From NCBI GenBank assembly GCA_964518965.1, contig CAZFJP010000003.1, positions 25,508 to 89,507 on the forward strand: a stretch of DNA of 64,000 bases. Direction: 5' to 3'. The notes under the pieces were generated by a model. It was not told where the DNA came from, did no database searches, and was given only the letters and a program-made list of their open reading frames with translations. The DNA comes from an uncultured Candidatus Saccharibacteria bacterium (GTDB taxonomy: Bacteria; Patescibacteriota; SOKK01). The position numbers and the translations under genes are program-made. Of this stretch, positions 44,340 to 53,809 are shown in pieces; the first letter of the stretch is position 1, and each line of letters begins with the position of its first letter.

Positions 44340-47150
44340 ATGCGTTTGGAAGCAAAAATCTGGTTAATTATTCTTGGTATTAGTTCTCTTCTGGGAGCTC
44401 TTTTTGTAGGGGTCAATTTCTCTCAGGCAGAACAAAATGAATTCAAAGGTACTCTTTATAAAGAGCTGCCATCGTTTGATATTAGAAGGGACGGCATGGG
44501 GGTTACTGAGTCGGGTAAGCAATTTCAATCTGAAATTATCAAAACTGATTTTGGTTTTAATGCCGTTGGTTTTGTTTGGAAACAGCCGAAAGAAAATACT
44601 TACCGGCTTAAAATTAGAACGGGGACGAGTAGGAGTGCACTTAGCTCTTGGAGAACTTTATCGCTAATGGATGATGTCAAAGATGGTAGTGATCGAACAT
44701 CTACTGATCTTTATTTTCCCGATCAGAAAAGTAATTATTTCCAATATCAGCTTGAATTATTAAGAGGAGATCAATTAATTCTTGAGCAGTTTAAGCCAGT
44801 TTATCTTGATTCCACTGATTCTCAGTTTCAAACTCAAACAAGCACACAATCAAATAGTAGCCCGTATATTATTTCTCGTGCTGATTGGGGCTGTAATGAG
44901 AGTTTGATGACTTGGACGCCGGAGTATGCGCCAGTACGCAAAATTATTGTTCATCATACTGCTGGGCCCAATAATCCTTCTGATCCCAAAGCAACAATTC
45001 GGGGGATTTACCAGTATCATGCGGTAACTTTGGGTTGGGGTGATATTGGTTATAATTATTTAGTTGATCAATATGGCAATGTCTACCAAGGACGTAAGGG
45101 AGATAATGGTGTCATTGGCGGACATGCCTCTGGTTATAATACTGGCAGCGTTGGTATAGCAGTTTTAGGTACTTATACTAGTGTTGCGCCAAGCAGTGCC
45201 GCAAGAAACGCAGTGGCAAAAGTTTCGGCTTGGAAAGCAGCTTATAATGGTTTTAAGCCAAACGAAAAGAGTTCCTGGAAAGATGAGTATACCTATAATG
45301 TTGCTGGTCATCGGGATTATAATTCTACTGCTTGTCCGGGTAATGCTTTTTATAGTTGTCTTTCTTCAATCCGTTCCACAGCTTACAACAGTTATTTTAA
45401 AAATTATGAACCAGGAGCCGTTACTGATCTTCGGGTAGTAGCAAGACAACCCGATCAAGTGGAATTGGAATGGACAGCTTCAGGAGGGTTCTGGGAATAT
45501 GGTTTGCCGGAAGTTACTCAAATCTTTTATTCCACAACTCCGATTAAGGACCAGTATTCTTTTTTGGGAGTAGTAGCGGTAGCTCCAGAGATACCAGGTT
45601 CGCTTCAGCGGGAAACAGTAACTGGTCTTTCGCCGGGAGTAAGATATTACTTCGCTGTCCGGTCTAAGAACTGGAATAACAAGTGGAGCACGGTTTCTAA
45701 GAATGCCTGTGATTTTACCAAGCCAATTGTTGATTTTTTAGCTTCAGCTACTCTGGATAGCCCTTATGATACAGCGCCGGGAGGAAATCTCTATCTCTGG
45801 CGGACTTATAATTTTAGTACTGTTCTGGGTGGTACTTTGCGGGTTGAGCTAACCGGGCACGCTGATGCTAATGGTAGTTCAGATGATGACGATCTGAAGT
45901 TAATTTTAGATGGCAATGACTATGGTTGGGGTGGAGAGTATGGTCTTGATGGTAATGTCCAAGATAGTAGAGTAAAGACAATTTTGATTGAGGTAAATTC
46001 TTCTGTCGGTGATCATACTCTGGAAATTTGGGCGGATGAAACTCCCACTTTGCATAATTTCTATATTGAAGGACCAAATTGTGAGGGTAGAAGTTTTGCT
46101 ATTTATCCTCAAGAAGAAACTCCCGATTTAAATATTGCTTTATTTAAAGAATACCAATTTGAAGTAGCGGAGGCAGGGGATTATAAAATAGAAGTTACGG
46201 CTACTGCGGATAGTAATGGTTCTGCTGATGATGATGATTTACGGTTTATGATTGATGATACTGATTATGGTTGGACGGGAACAAATGGTTTTGATGGCAA
46301 GACCGAAAAGGGTCGGGAAAAAACAGTTACGGTTAACCAAAATTTAACCGCCGGGATGCATACAATTAAAATTTATGCGGATGAAACTCCGGTTCTGAAT
46401 GCCATCGAAGTTTATCCTGCCATTGATTTACAGAAAGTGTCCAGTTTGGCAGCTAATCAAAGTGGTAATTCGCGAGATCTCAACTGTGCTTTATGGCGTA
46501 TCAAGCAGTTTACTTCTGAGGGAGGAGCAGCAAAAATTAAAGTGCAGGTTGCTGCTGATAGTAATGGTTCTGCTGACGATGATGATCTGAAAATTGTTTT
46601 GGATAATGTTGATTATCACTGGAATTCCAACAAAAGTTTTGATGGGTCTTTAAATCAAAGTCAGTCCTGCACGATTGTCATTAATCAATTATTGTCTCCC
46701 GGGATACATACAATTAAAGTTTATGTTGATGAAACTCCTAATTTACAGAATATTGAAATCTTCGCGACCCCCTCTGTTCAAAATTATTTGGTGGAAAGTT
46801 ATCCGGAGGAAGTAGCAACCGGTTTGCGTACAGAATTGTGGAAGGATACTGATTATAGCTTTACTTTAACTTCTAACGCGACAGTGAAAATGGAGGTGGT
46901 TGGTGCAGCGGATAGTAATGGCAGTAACAATGATGATGATTTAAAATTGGTCTTAGTTAAAACTAATAATCCTCCAGCGACTTATGACTATGGTTGGAAT
47001 AATGATTTTGCCTTAAATGGTGCAGTTTTAAATAGTGCCTCAAAATTAGTTACCATTACTCGTACTCTTCTTGCCGGCAATTATAAATTACAGATTTGGG
47101 GCGATGCTACTCCTACACTGAATTCGGTAATTATCTCAAAGGTAAATTAA
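44340..47150 (+). CDS. Secreted N-acetylmuramoyl-L-alanine amidase (Amidase_2/PGRP-like) with an FN3 domain and four ~115 aa repeats carrying a DSNGSxDDDDLK motif
   Basis: Amidase_2 region: KIIVHHTAGPNNPSD...GWGDIGYNYLVDQYGNVYQGR...GHRDYNSTACPGN. Repeat motifs lie at about 45861, 46205, 46549 and 46906. The start is chosen at MRLEAKIW; the ORF track starts at 44319. Confidence 0.65.
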   Translation: MRLEAKIWLIILGISSLLGALFVGVNFSQAEQNEFKGTLYKELPSFDIRRDGMGVTESGKQFQSEIIKTDFGFNAVGFVWKQPKENTYRLKIRTGTSRSALSSWRTLSLMDDVKDGSDRTSTDLYFPDQKSNYFQYQLELLRGDQLILEQFKPVYLDSTDSQFQTQTSTQSNSSPYIISRADWGCNESLMTWTPEYAPVRKIIVHHTAGPNNPSDPKATIRGIYQYHAVTLGWGDIGYNYLVDQYGNVYQGRKGDNGVIGGHASGYNTGSVGIAVLGTYTSVAPSSAARNAVAKVSAWKAAYNGFKPNEKSSWKDEYTYNVAGHRDYNSTACPGNAFYSCLSSIRSTAYNSYFKNYEPGAVTDLRVVARQPDQVELEWTASGGFWEYGLPEVTQIFYSTTPIKDQYSFLGVVAVAPEIPGSLQRETVTGLSPGVRYYFAVRSKNWNNKWSTVSKNACDFTKPIVDFLASATLDSPYDTAPGGNLYLWRTYNFSTVLGGTLRVELTGHADANGSSDDDDLKLILDGNDYGWGGEYGLDGNVQDSRVKTILIEVNSSVGDHTLEIWADETPTLHNFYIEGPNCEGRSFAIYPQEETPDLNIALFKEYQFEVAEAGDYKIEVTATADSNGSADDDDLRFMIDDTDYGWTGTNGFDGKTEKGREKTVTVNQNLTAGMHTIKIYADETPVLNAIEVYPAIDLQKVSSLAANQSGNSRDLNCALWRIKQFTSEGGAAKIKVQVAADSNGSADDDDLKIVLDNVDYHWNSNKSFDGSLNQSQSCTIVINQLLSPGIHTIKVYVDETPNLQNIEIFATPSVQNYLVESYPEEVATGLRTELWKDTDYSFTLTSNATVKMEVVGAADSNGSNNDDDLKLVLVKTNNPPATYDYGWNNDFALNGAVLNSASKLVTITRTLLAGNYKLQIWGDATPTLNSVIISKVN

Positions 47151-47171
47151 CTTTTTCAATTAAATCTGAAA

Positions 47172-47204
47172 AATAACCTCCTTATGGGAGGTTTTTGCTT
47201 TTTG
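47172..47204 (+). terminator. Rho-independent terminator
   Basis: AACCTCC-ttatg-GGAGGTT plus TTTTGCTTTTT. Confidence 0.6.
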
Positions 47205-47263
47205 TCAAAATTCTCAAAAGATGCTAAAATATCCTTGAAAATAGACATTTTTAAGCTAAATCT

Positions 47264-47902
47264 ATGGATATTAAATGGTTGGGACATTCGTGTTTTTTAC
47301 TCAAGGGGGGCAAAGTCACTCTTGTAACAGATCCTTTTTCTGCTGAAACGGGACTTAAAGTTCCCAATGTCCAAGCAGATATCGTTACGATCAGTCATGA
47401 TCATTTTGACCATAATAATGCCACTGCGATTTCTGGCGAACCTTTTATTGTTAAAAGTCCGGGCGAGTATGAGGTGAAGGAAGTTTTCATCAATGGCATT
47501 CCTTCCTTTCATGATGAAAGTGAAGGCAGGGAGCGAGGGGAAAATACTATTTATGTAATTGAAATTAATGGTTTTCGCATTTGTCACTTGGGTGACTTGG
47601 GGCATAAATTGACTGACGTTCAGCTGGCGATGATTGAGAATATTGATGTGCTCTTAATTCCTGTCGGTGGCAAGTTTACCTTAGATGCAAAAAAAGCCGC
47701 GGAAGTAGTTGAGCAAGTTGAACCGCGTATTGTGATTCCAATGCACTATCATGTCAAAGGGCTTAAAGTAGAAGGTCTTACCGGTATTGAAGAATTTGCC
47801 AAGGAAATGGGTGTCAAAGAAATTAAATCCCAATCTACTCTCAAACTTAAACGTGACCAGCTCCCGCAAGATAAAACCGAGGTAGTATTTCTAAATAAGT
47901 AA
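47264..47902 (+). CDS. Metal-dependent hydrolase, metallo-beta-lactamase fold (UPF0173-like)
   Basis: MDIKWLGHSCFLLKGG...DPF...HDHFDH motifs. Confidence 0.65.
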   Translation: MDIKWLGHSCFLLKGGKVTLVTDPFSAETGLKVPNVQADIVTISHDHFDHNNATAISGEPFIVKSPGEYEVKEVFINGIPSFHDESEGRERGENTIYVIEINGFRICHLGDLGHKLTDVQLAMIENIDVLLIPVGGKFTLDAKKAAEVVEQVEPRIVIPMHYHVKGLKVEGLTGIEEFAKEMGVKEIKSQSTLKLKRDQLPQDKTEVVFLNK

Positions 47903-47963
47903 CAAGAGTGTCCATTTTATTTACGTTTTAGATTTGTCCTGTATCAGTCGGTACAGAGCGCAG

Positions 47964-48038
47964 GCGGGAGTAGTTCAGTGGTAGAATGCAACCTTCCCAA
48001 GGTTGAGGTCGCCGGTTCAAATCCGGTCTCCCGCTCCA
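47964..48038 (+). tRNA. tRNA-Gly(CCC), CCA encoded
   Basis: GCGGGAG pairs with CTCCCGC. Anticodon loop TTCCCAA. T-arm GCCGGTTCAAATCCGGT. Confidence 0.8.
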
Positions 48039-48232
48039 TCTGAAATAAATTAGAATGTAGAATGTAGAAAATAAGTTAAGAAAGTTCTTCAGGATTTACT
48101 TCCTATTCTCTATATTCCAATTCCTATTTTGTTTACTAAAACAAGTAGAATGGAGAAGTTAGAACAGAGAAAATGAATCAAGTAAGTCATCCAAGGCTTA
48201 ATTTCTACATTCTAATTTCTATGTTATTTAGT

Positions 48233-48260
48233 GCTGAGGTAGCTTAGCCTGCCATGTAGT
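48233..48260 (+). pseudogene. tRNA-like 5' fragment (GCTGAGGTAGCTTAG) followed by CCTGCC...
   Basis: Acceptor plus D-stem-like 15-mer. The same junction motif is seen at other fragments. Confidence 0.3.
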
Positions 48261-48327
48261 GGGACTTCACAGAAGTTTTAAAGATTATTTTAATGTCTTA
48301 TCTCATTGTAAATTCAAATTTTCGTGT

Positions 48328-48370
48328 GCCGACGTAGCTCAGCCCGCCTATGTCCAAAAGGCTTCGGCGG
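48328..48370 (+). pseudogene. tRNA-Thr 5' fragment (nt 1-15) plus a CCGCC...GGCGG hairpin module
   Basis: GCCGACGTAGCTCAG is identical to the 5' end of tRNA-Thr at 48437. CCCGCCtatgtccaaaaggcttcGGCGG follows. Confidence 0.55.
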
Positions 48371-48436
48371 ACTGGTAGCAAATCCTGATAATTTATTTAT
48401 TTTTAATTTTTAAGTTTTAATTTCTAACTTTCGCCC

Positions 48437-48512
48437 GCCGACGTAGCTCAGTTGGTAGAGCAGCGGTTTCGTAAATCGCGGGTCAGCGGTTCGAATCCGC
48501 TCGTCGGCTCCA
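48437..48512 (+). tRNA. tRNA-Thr(CGT), CCA encoded
   Basis: GCCGACG pairs with CGTCGGC. Anticodon loop TTCGTAA. T-arm AGCGGTTCGAATCCGCT. Confidence 0.8.
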
Positions 48513-48587
48513 CCGCAAATTAGAATTTAGAATGTAGAAATTAGAAATAAAATTAACCATTAACAATTAATCATTAATAATTATTTT

Positions 48588-49364
48588 ATGCACTTTCCTG
48601 TTCTCTTAAAATTAGGACCAATTAATGTTTATAGTTATGGATTTTTTGTGGCGTTAGCGTTTGTAGTAGGGGGGGTATTTATTTACTGGCAAACAAAAAA
48701 GAAACGCCTTCCTTTTTCTAAATTGCTCAATTTTTCTCCCTGGATTGTTATTGGCGTTATGATTGGAGCGAGAATATATTATGTTCTCCAACATTTTAGT
48801 TATTATCGCAATCATCTGCTTGAAGTTTTTGCTTTCTGGAATGGCGGGTTATCTATGTATGGTGGAGTTATTGCTGGTTTACTACTTCTGCTCCTGTTTT
48901 TACGCAGGCAAAGCCCACGAGAAAGATGGCTCTGGTTGGATGTTGTTATAATGAGTGTTTTACTTGGTTCAGCAATTGGAAGAATTGGTTGTTTTCTCAA
49001 TGGTTGTTGTTATGGTTTGCCGCTTAAGTTATCTTGGGGTGTTACTTCCGGATTATTGGGAGACGGAATTGAGCGTCATCCTACTCAACTTTACGAGTCG
49101 TTGGGTTATCTACTTTCCTTTTTTGTTACTTTCTTTGTTTATCAGAAAATTGGTAGAAAACTTACAATTGGAACAATTTTCTTTGGGGGAGTCGTTTTAC
49201 ATTCACTTACTCGTTTCATTGTTGAGCTTTTCCGTTTCAGTGATTCTTATCTTGGGCCATTTAAAACTGCACATTTAGTAACTTTCAGTATCATTGTTGT
49301 TGCGATTACTATTTATCTTGTTACTTACAAATCACGCTTAAAACTATCTTTGAAAGGAGCGTAA
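48588..49364 (+). CDS. lgt: Prolipoprotein diacylglyceryl transferase
   Basis: Lgt-like N-terminus (FPVLLKLGPINVYSYGFFVALAF), a GARIYY motif and 7 TM helices. Confidence 0.7.
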   Translation: MHFPVLLKLGPINVYSYGFFVALAFVVGGVFIYWQTKKKRLPFSKLLNFSPWIVIGVMIGARIYYVLQHFSYYRNHLLEVFAFWNGGLSMYGGVIAGLLLLLLFLRRQSPRERWLWLDVVIMSVLLGSAIGRIGCFLNGCCYGLPLKLSWGVTSGLLGDGIERHPTQLYESLGYLLSFFVTFFVYQKIGRKLTIGTIFFGGVVLHSLTRFIVELFRFSDSYLGPFKTAHLVTFSIIVVAITIYLVTYKSRLKLSLKGA

Positions 49365-49365
49365 A

Positions 49366-49749
49366 ATGAATAAAGATTATCCAGCTGAATTTATTGAGGC
49401 CCGTAAAGAGGAACTTTTGCGGCAAAAGAGGTATGTTGAGGATGAATTGAAGCATATTGCTACTTGTGATCTGCGGGGAGGGGTAGAAGGATGCAAAGCA
49501 AAATTTCCTGATTTTGGCGACAAAGAGGAGGATAATGCAACTGAAGTAGATCTCTATGAAAATTACACTTCGCTTGAGACCAATTTACAAACTCTTTTAA
49601 AAGAAGTTAATAATGCTTTGGCAAAAATCAAGCAAGGAACTTATGGCCAATGTGATAATTGCAAAGGATTAATTCCTGCGAAACGCTTAGAGGCATTTCC
49701 TGCTGCACCGCTTTGTTTGCAGTGTCAAAGCAAAAGGGAAGTGAAATAA
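49366..49749 (+). CDS. DksA/TraR family C4-type zinc-finger protein
   Basis: C-terminal CDNCKGLIPAKRLEAFPAAPLCLQCQ. Confidence 0.6.
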   Translation: MNKDYPAEFIEARKEELLRQKRYVEDELKHIATCDLRGGVEGCKAKFPDFGDKEEDNATEVDLYENYTSLETNLQTLLKEVNNALAKIKQGTYGQCDNCKGLIPAKRLEAFPAAPLCLQCQSKREVK

Positions 49750-50211
49750 ATGAAACAGTTATTTTTTCGGATTTCTGATTTAATTTGGGTTATTGTTTTA
49801 ATTCTCATTGATCGTCTTGCCAAGATTATTGTTCAAGTATTTTTGGAACAAGATAAAGAGATTATTCTGGTTAAAAAAATCGCATCTCTTCGTTTAGTTC
49901 TAAACGAAGGTGCGATTTTTAGTCTGCCATTTGGCAGATGGATTTTGGTTTTGGGAACCGTAATTATTCTTGTTATTCTGGGCGCGCTCTATCTTCGGGG
50001 GGTGTTTCATAGAGAGACGGAATGTCTCGGAGTAGCGCTCGTTTTTGCTGGTGCAGTCGGGAATTTAGTCGATCGGCTATTTTGGGGAAGAGTTATTGAT
50101 TGGCTTTCCGTCAGTTTCTGGCCAGCGTTTAATTTTGCGGATGTAATGATTGTTTTTGGTGTAATTCTCATGGGATTGGGGGTGTTTAGAGTTGGAAAGG
50201 AAATTAAATAG
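49750..50211 (+). CDS. lspA: Lipoprotein signal peptidase (signal peptidase II)
   Basis: NEGAIFSLPFG...NLVDRLFWGRVIDWL...NFADVMI motifs and 4 TM helices. Confidence 0.75.
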   Translation: MKQLFFRISDLIWVIVLILIDRLAKIIVQVFLEQDKEIILVKKIASLRLVLNEGAIFSLPFGRWILVLGTVIILVILGALYLRGVFHRETECLGVALVFAGAVGNLVDRLFWGRVIDWLSVSFWPAFNFADVMIVFGVILMGLGVFRVGKEIK

Positions 50212-50245
50212 GAAGTGATATAGTCAGTTTCTAAAATTGAATCAT

Positions 50246-50278
50246 AAAACTTCTACCGGTTATTGGTAGAAGTTTTTA
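50246..50278. terminator. Bidirectional terminator between convergent lspA and the DUF4012 gene
   Basis: AAACTTCTACC-ggttatt-GGTAGAAGTTT plus T-run. Confidence 0.6.
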
Positions 50279-50299
50279 ATATTTTAATAACCTGTGCAA

Positions 50300-52681
50300 T
50301 TATTTTTTAATAATTCCAACAATTTCTTTGTCGGTATCTAGGATGGTACTGTAATTAATATTAGAGTTCAATGGCGTGCGGCTATTTTTTAACTCAATGC
50401 GTAAAGGTGCAATGGTTTCTAGGATTATATCTAATTGACTGCCGCGACTTCCGGATTGTTTTTGGGCATAGAGAACATATTTTTGCTGGGGTTTGAAGAT
50501 GCTTACTTTCAGTTTGAATGGCAAACGATATTGCAAAGTGATTTGGGAGGTTTTCTTAATTTTTGTGATTAACCACGTGCCAAAAACTGTTTTTCCCTTC
50601 TCAATTCCAATTTCAATTGGTGAGCGATTACCTTTGCTTTCCAGAAGCACACTACCCTCTGGTACCAAAACTCGCGTATAGATAATACTATCTCCCGCAC
50701 GGAAATATTTTATTCCCTTGTGTTTGTGGGTAATGGTAATGGTGCGAATAATCTCGCCATTCTCTTCAATCTCGGTTTTGCTTTGGATTGTTTCCTTAAT
50801 TACTGCAGTACTTTTGTTACCTGCAAGGTTACTGTTTATAACACTAAGATAATCGGTATATTTGTCTTTGAATTCTTTAATCTCGCCAGCGAGATTATTC
50901 TGGAAAAGTAAGTTTTGTTCTATGGGATGATAAGAGAAAGCAAGAAAATGTTTTTGTTTAACATTCTGATCAAGGATTTTTAGATATTCAAACCATTTTG
51001 ATTTATCGCTAATTAACTTTTCTAGAAGAAGCGGCGCTAAATCTACTAGAAATTCTTTAGGATTCTTTTCATTAGTATATTCTTTTTCTACTTTAAGTTG
51101 GGTGACTTGGGTAAAGTTTTCGGCAGTAAGGGTAGTTTGATATTTTTTGAGCGTAATTGGACCGGTTGCTTTCAAGAGATTTTCAATAAAAGAATTGTCA
51201 AGGGCAATTACGCCGTCAACTGATTCTCCCCCCGAGTGCTCGTAAAACCAAGCTACTTTCTGTGCCGAGGTAGGAAAATCCGGTGACCAGTTGCTGTCGC
51301 GCATTTTGAGCTTTGTGATATGCATTTTTTGGAAGGGTTTAGGTGCTGGCACTTTGACGGTACAAATACCATCGGGATTATAGACATTATCAACAAAAAA
51401 CTTGCGTACCTGTCCTTGATAAACATGAACGAGAGCATAACTTCCGATAAATCCACCGGTTGCTCGGATTTCAGTATTATTTTGGAAGAGGATTAGATAA
51501 TGACGGTTCTCTTCACTGCCCAGTGCGTTGATAATTTGGGGCAATACTTCATTAATTAATGTTAATTTATTTTCTATCTCAGGAAGATTGTTTTTTAATT
51601 GGCTGATAATCGGTTGAATATTTTCTGGCAATTCCTCAACGGCAACTTTTTTAAAATTATTGTTAGCTTTTGTAATTTCTTTTAATCCATTGGAAAAATA
51701 TTCTTTGTTTTCTTTAAGTCTAGTCGTTAGAGAGTTTTTAGGATTAACATTAGTTTCATAATTGTCAGGTAAAAAACTTTTGCCGTTGTCTAAGAATATT
51801 GGCTCCGAGAATTTAAGAAGATATTGAGCGGCACGACTTAAGTGATAGCCGGCTTCTATGGTGTTGTTACCGCTTTGGACAATAGTGCCAAAGTGGGGAG
51901 TTTTTTCAATTACCTGACGGGGAATAACACCAATCCACCTAATTGATTTTTTTGCGTCTGCAAAGGAAAATTCTGCTTTTTGGAAATTTGCTTGCGCGTT
52001 TTTGAAATCACTTTTTTCTAGTGAAATAAGGGCGTTTTTAAGATATTGGGAAGCAGAAGAAGCATCTTGAAAGGCGTTGTCTTTTGCGGCTTGGGCATGA
52101 TTATAGGTGTTATTGGCGGAAAAGACAAGGAGTAAGATAATTGCAACACAGGAAACGGAGATCAAACCATTTTGCAGTGAAAATAGTCTTTTCAGCGGAG
52201 GAAGTTTGGGGAGAGTGATCTTCTGCAGCAATAATTTTTGGAGATTTTTACCAAGAGAGGACTTGTTTGTTTTACGATAAAATGAATCTTTGGCAAAGGA
52301 TTGTTGTTGTGATTTTTGTGAAGCGATAATAAGGGAAGGAGAGGATCGTTTGAAAAATGAAGTAGTTTTTTCTTTGCTACTGTGAAGTAGTTTTTTGAAG
52401 CGATTAAAATTAAAGGGAGAAAGTTTAATTCGCGGGAAAGTCCATTGTTTTTGGGTAGGTGGAGTAGTAGCTGCTTTGTTTTTCTTGATTAATTTTAAAT
52501 CAGGATCGCCAAAAATATTCCGTCTAACTTGAGGTTTTAATCGGGGAGGACGAGGAACAAGACGAATCCCTTCCATTGCTGGATAGTCAATTTTGATTTT
52601 TGGTGTTTTCATTAAATTGAGAAACAGGATAGTGGAGATACAATGGCAGAAATGATGGCAAATATCAGATGGCGGGAGCAA
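50300..52681 (-). CDS. DUF4012-like membrane-anchored protein of a polysaccharide locus
   Basis: TM helix near residue 150. Motif NNTEIRATGGFIGSYALV. Alternative start at 52612 (MKTPKIK...). Confidence 0.45.
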   Translation of the reverse strand: MLPPSDICHHFCHCISTILFLNLMKTPKIKIDYPAMEGIRLVPRPPRLKPQVRRNIFGDPDLKLIKKNKAATTPPTQKQWTFPRIKLSPFNFNRFKKLLHSSKEKTTSFFKRSSPSLIIASQKSQQQSFAKDSFYRKTNKSSLGKNLQKLLLQKITLPKLPPLKRLFSLQNGLISVSCVAIILLLVFSANNTYNHAQAAKDNAFQDASSASQYLKNALISLEKSDFKNAQANFQKAEFSFADAKKSIRWIGVIPRQVIEKTPHFGTIVQSGNNTIEAGYHLSRAAQYLLKFSEPIFLDNGKSFLPDNYETNVNPKNSLTTRLKENKEYFSNGLKEITKANNNFKKVAVEELPENIQPIISQLKNNLPEIENKLTLINEVLPQIINALGSEENRHYLILFQNNTEIRATGGFIGSYALVHVYQGQVRKFFVDNVYNPDGICTVKVPAPKPFQKMHITKLKMRDSNWSPDFPTSAQKVAWFYEHSGGESVDGVIALDNSFIENLLKATGPITLKKYQTTLTAENFTQVTQLKVEKEYTNEKNPKEFLVDLAPLLLEKLISDKSKWFEYLKILDQNVKQKHFLAFSYHPIEQNLLFQNNLAGEIKEFKDKYTDYLSVINSNLAGNKSTAVIKETIQSKTEIEENGEIIRTITITHKHKGIKYFRAGDSIIYTRVLVPEGSVLLESKGNRSPIEIGIEKGKTVFGTWLITKIKKTSQITLQYRLPFKLKVSIFKPQQKYVLYAQKQSGSRGSQLDIILETIAPLRIELKNSRTPLNSNINYSTILDTDKEIVGIIKK

Positions 52682-52693
52682 GCAACATATCTA

Positions 52694-53806
52694 CTACCCG
52701 CCATCTGCGATCATTTTCAATACTTTCAGAGTTTCTTGAGCAGTTTTCTCCCAACGGAATTTTTTGCTTTGCTCCTGTCCTTTTTTGCTTAACTTAATGC
52801 GCAAACGAGGATTTTGCGCAAGGGCCTTAAACGCTTGAGTGATCTCCTGGGTATTGTTGGGATTAACAAGGATGGCACAATCTGCGGTTATTTCCGGCAG
52901 AGAGGAAATGTTGCTAGTAATTACCGGAGTACCCATTCTCATTGCTTCTAAAACCGGTAAACCAAAACCCTCATAAAATGATGGTAGTGCAAAGAATTCG
53001 CAGTTTTGATAGAGATATTTTTTTTCTTTTGCTGAAATATAATCCAAGATAATAATATCGGAATCTTTCTGGGGACACTTTCCTTTTCCCGCAATTACTA
53101 ATTTGTGAGGAAGGGTAGTTTCAGTTTTAAATTTTTTAAATGCCTTGATAATTCCATTGATGTTTTTTCGTGGTTCTTTTGTACCGAGAGTAAAAATAAA
53201 AGGTTTTTCAATTTGGGTGGAGAACCGTACTTCGTTGTTATAATTATAGTCTACAGTATTATTAGAAGCATTTGTTCCGAGAAGAGTAACTGAAATCTTT
53301 TCCGCCGGGATTTTAAAGTAATGAATTAAGTCATTTTTAGTTGATTGGGAAACAGCAATTAAGTGATCACTTGTTTGCGCTTGTTTTTTTAGTCCGAGGA
53401 TTTGATGCCAAAAGCGGGTTTTAAGTGAGAGAAGATGGGGTAGAATAACAAAGCCAAGATCATGGAAGACCATAATTTTCTTCGCAGTAGTGGCAAGCGG
53501 ACGGTAACTTGGAATAATTACGATGTCAGGTTTTATTCCAAGTAATTTTTCTAATTTTGGCCTCTGAAATAAGATAAAACTAAAGTTAAGGAGTTTGTTT
53601 GGTTTTTTCCAATTTACCAATTGGACATTTTTTGGTTTTCTTAATTCTTCAAGGAACAGTTTTTCACAAGGGGAATTGTAAAAAAGAATAAACTGGTCTT
53701 GGGGGGCAAGATGGGGTAAGTAGTAGGCAAGTTGGTAAATATATTCTTCAATTCCAGTCCATTGATCAGTATAGAATAAGGAGCGGATATCAAGAGCGAT
53801 TTTCAT
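52694..53806 (-). CDS. Glycosyltransferase family 4 (GT-B)
   Basis: EGFGLPVLEAMRMGTPVITSNISSLPEI motif. Confidence 0.7.
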   Translation of the reverse strand: MKIALDIRSLFYTDQWTGIEEYIYQLAYYLPHLAPQDQFILFYNSPCEKLFLEELRKPKNVQLVNWKKPNKLLNFSFILFQRPKLEKLLGIKPDIVIIPSYRPLATTAKKIMVFHDLGFVILPHLLSLKTRFWHQILGLKKQAQTSDHLIAVSQSTKNDLIHYFKIPAEKISVTLLGTNASNNTVDYNYNNEVRFSTQIEKPFIFTLGTKEPRKNINGIIKAFKKFKTETTLPHKLVIAGKGKCPQKDSDIIILDYISAKEKKYLYQNCEFFALPSFYEGFGLPVLEAMRMGTPVITSNISSLPEITADCAILVNPNNTQEITQAFKALAQNPRLRIKLSKKGQEQSKKFRWEKTAQETLKVLKMIADGG

Positions 53807-53809
53807 TAT

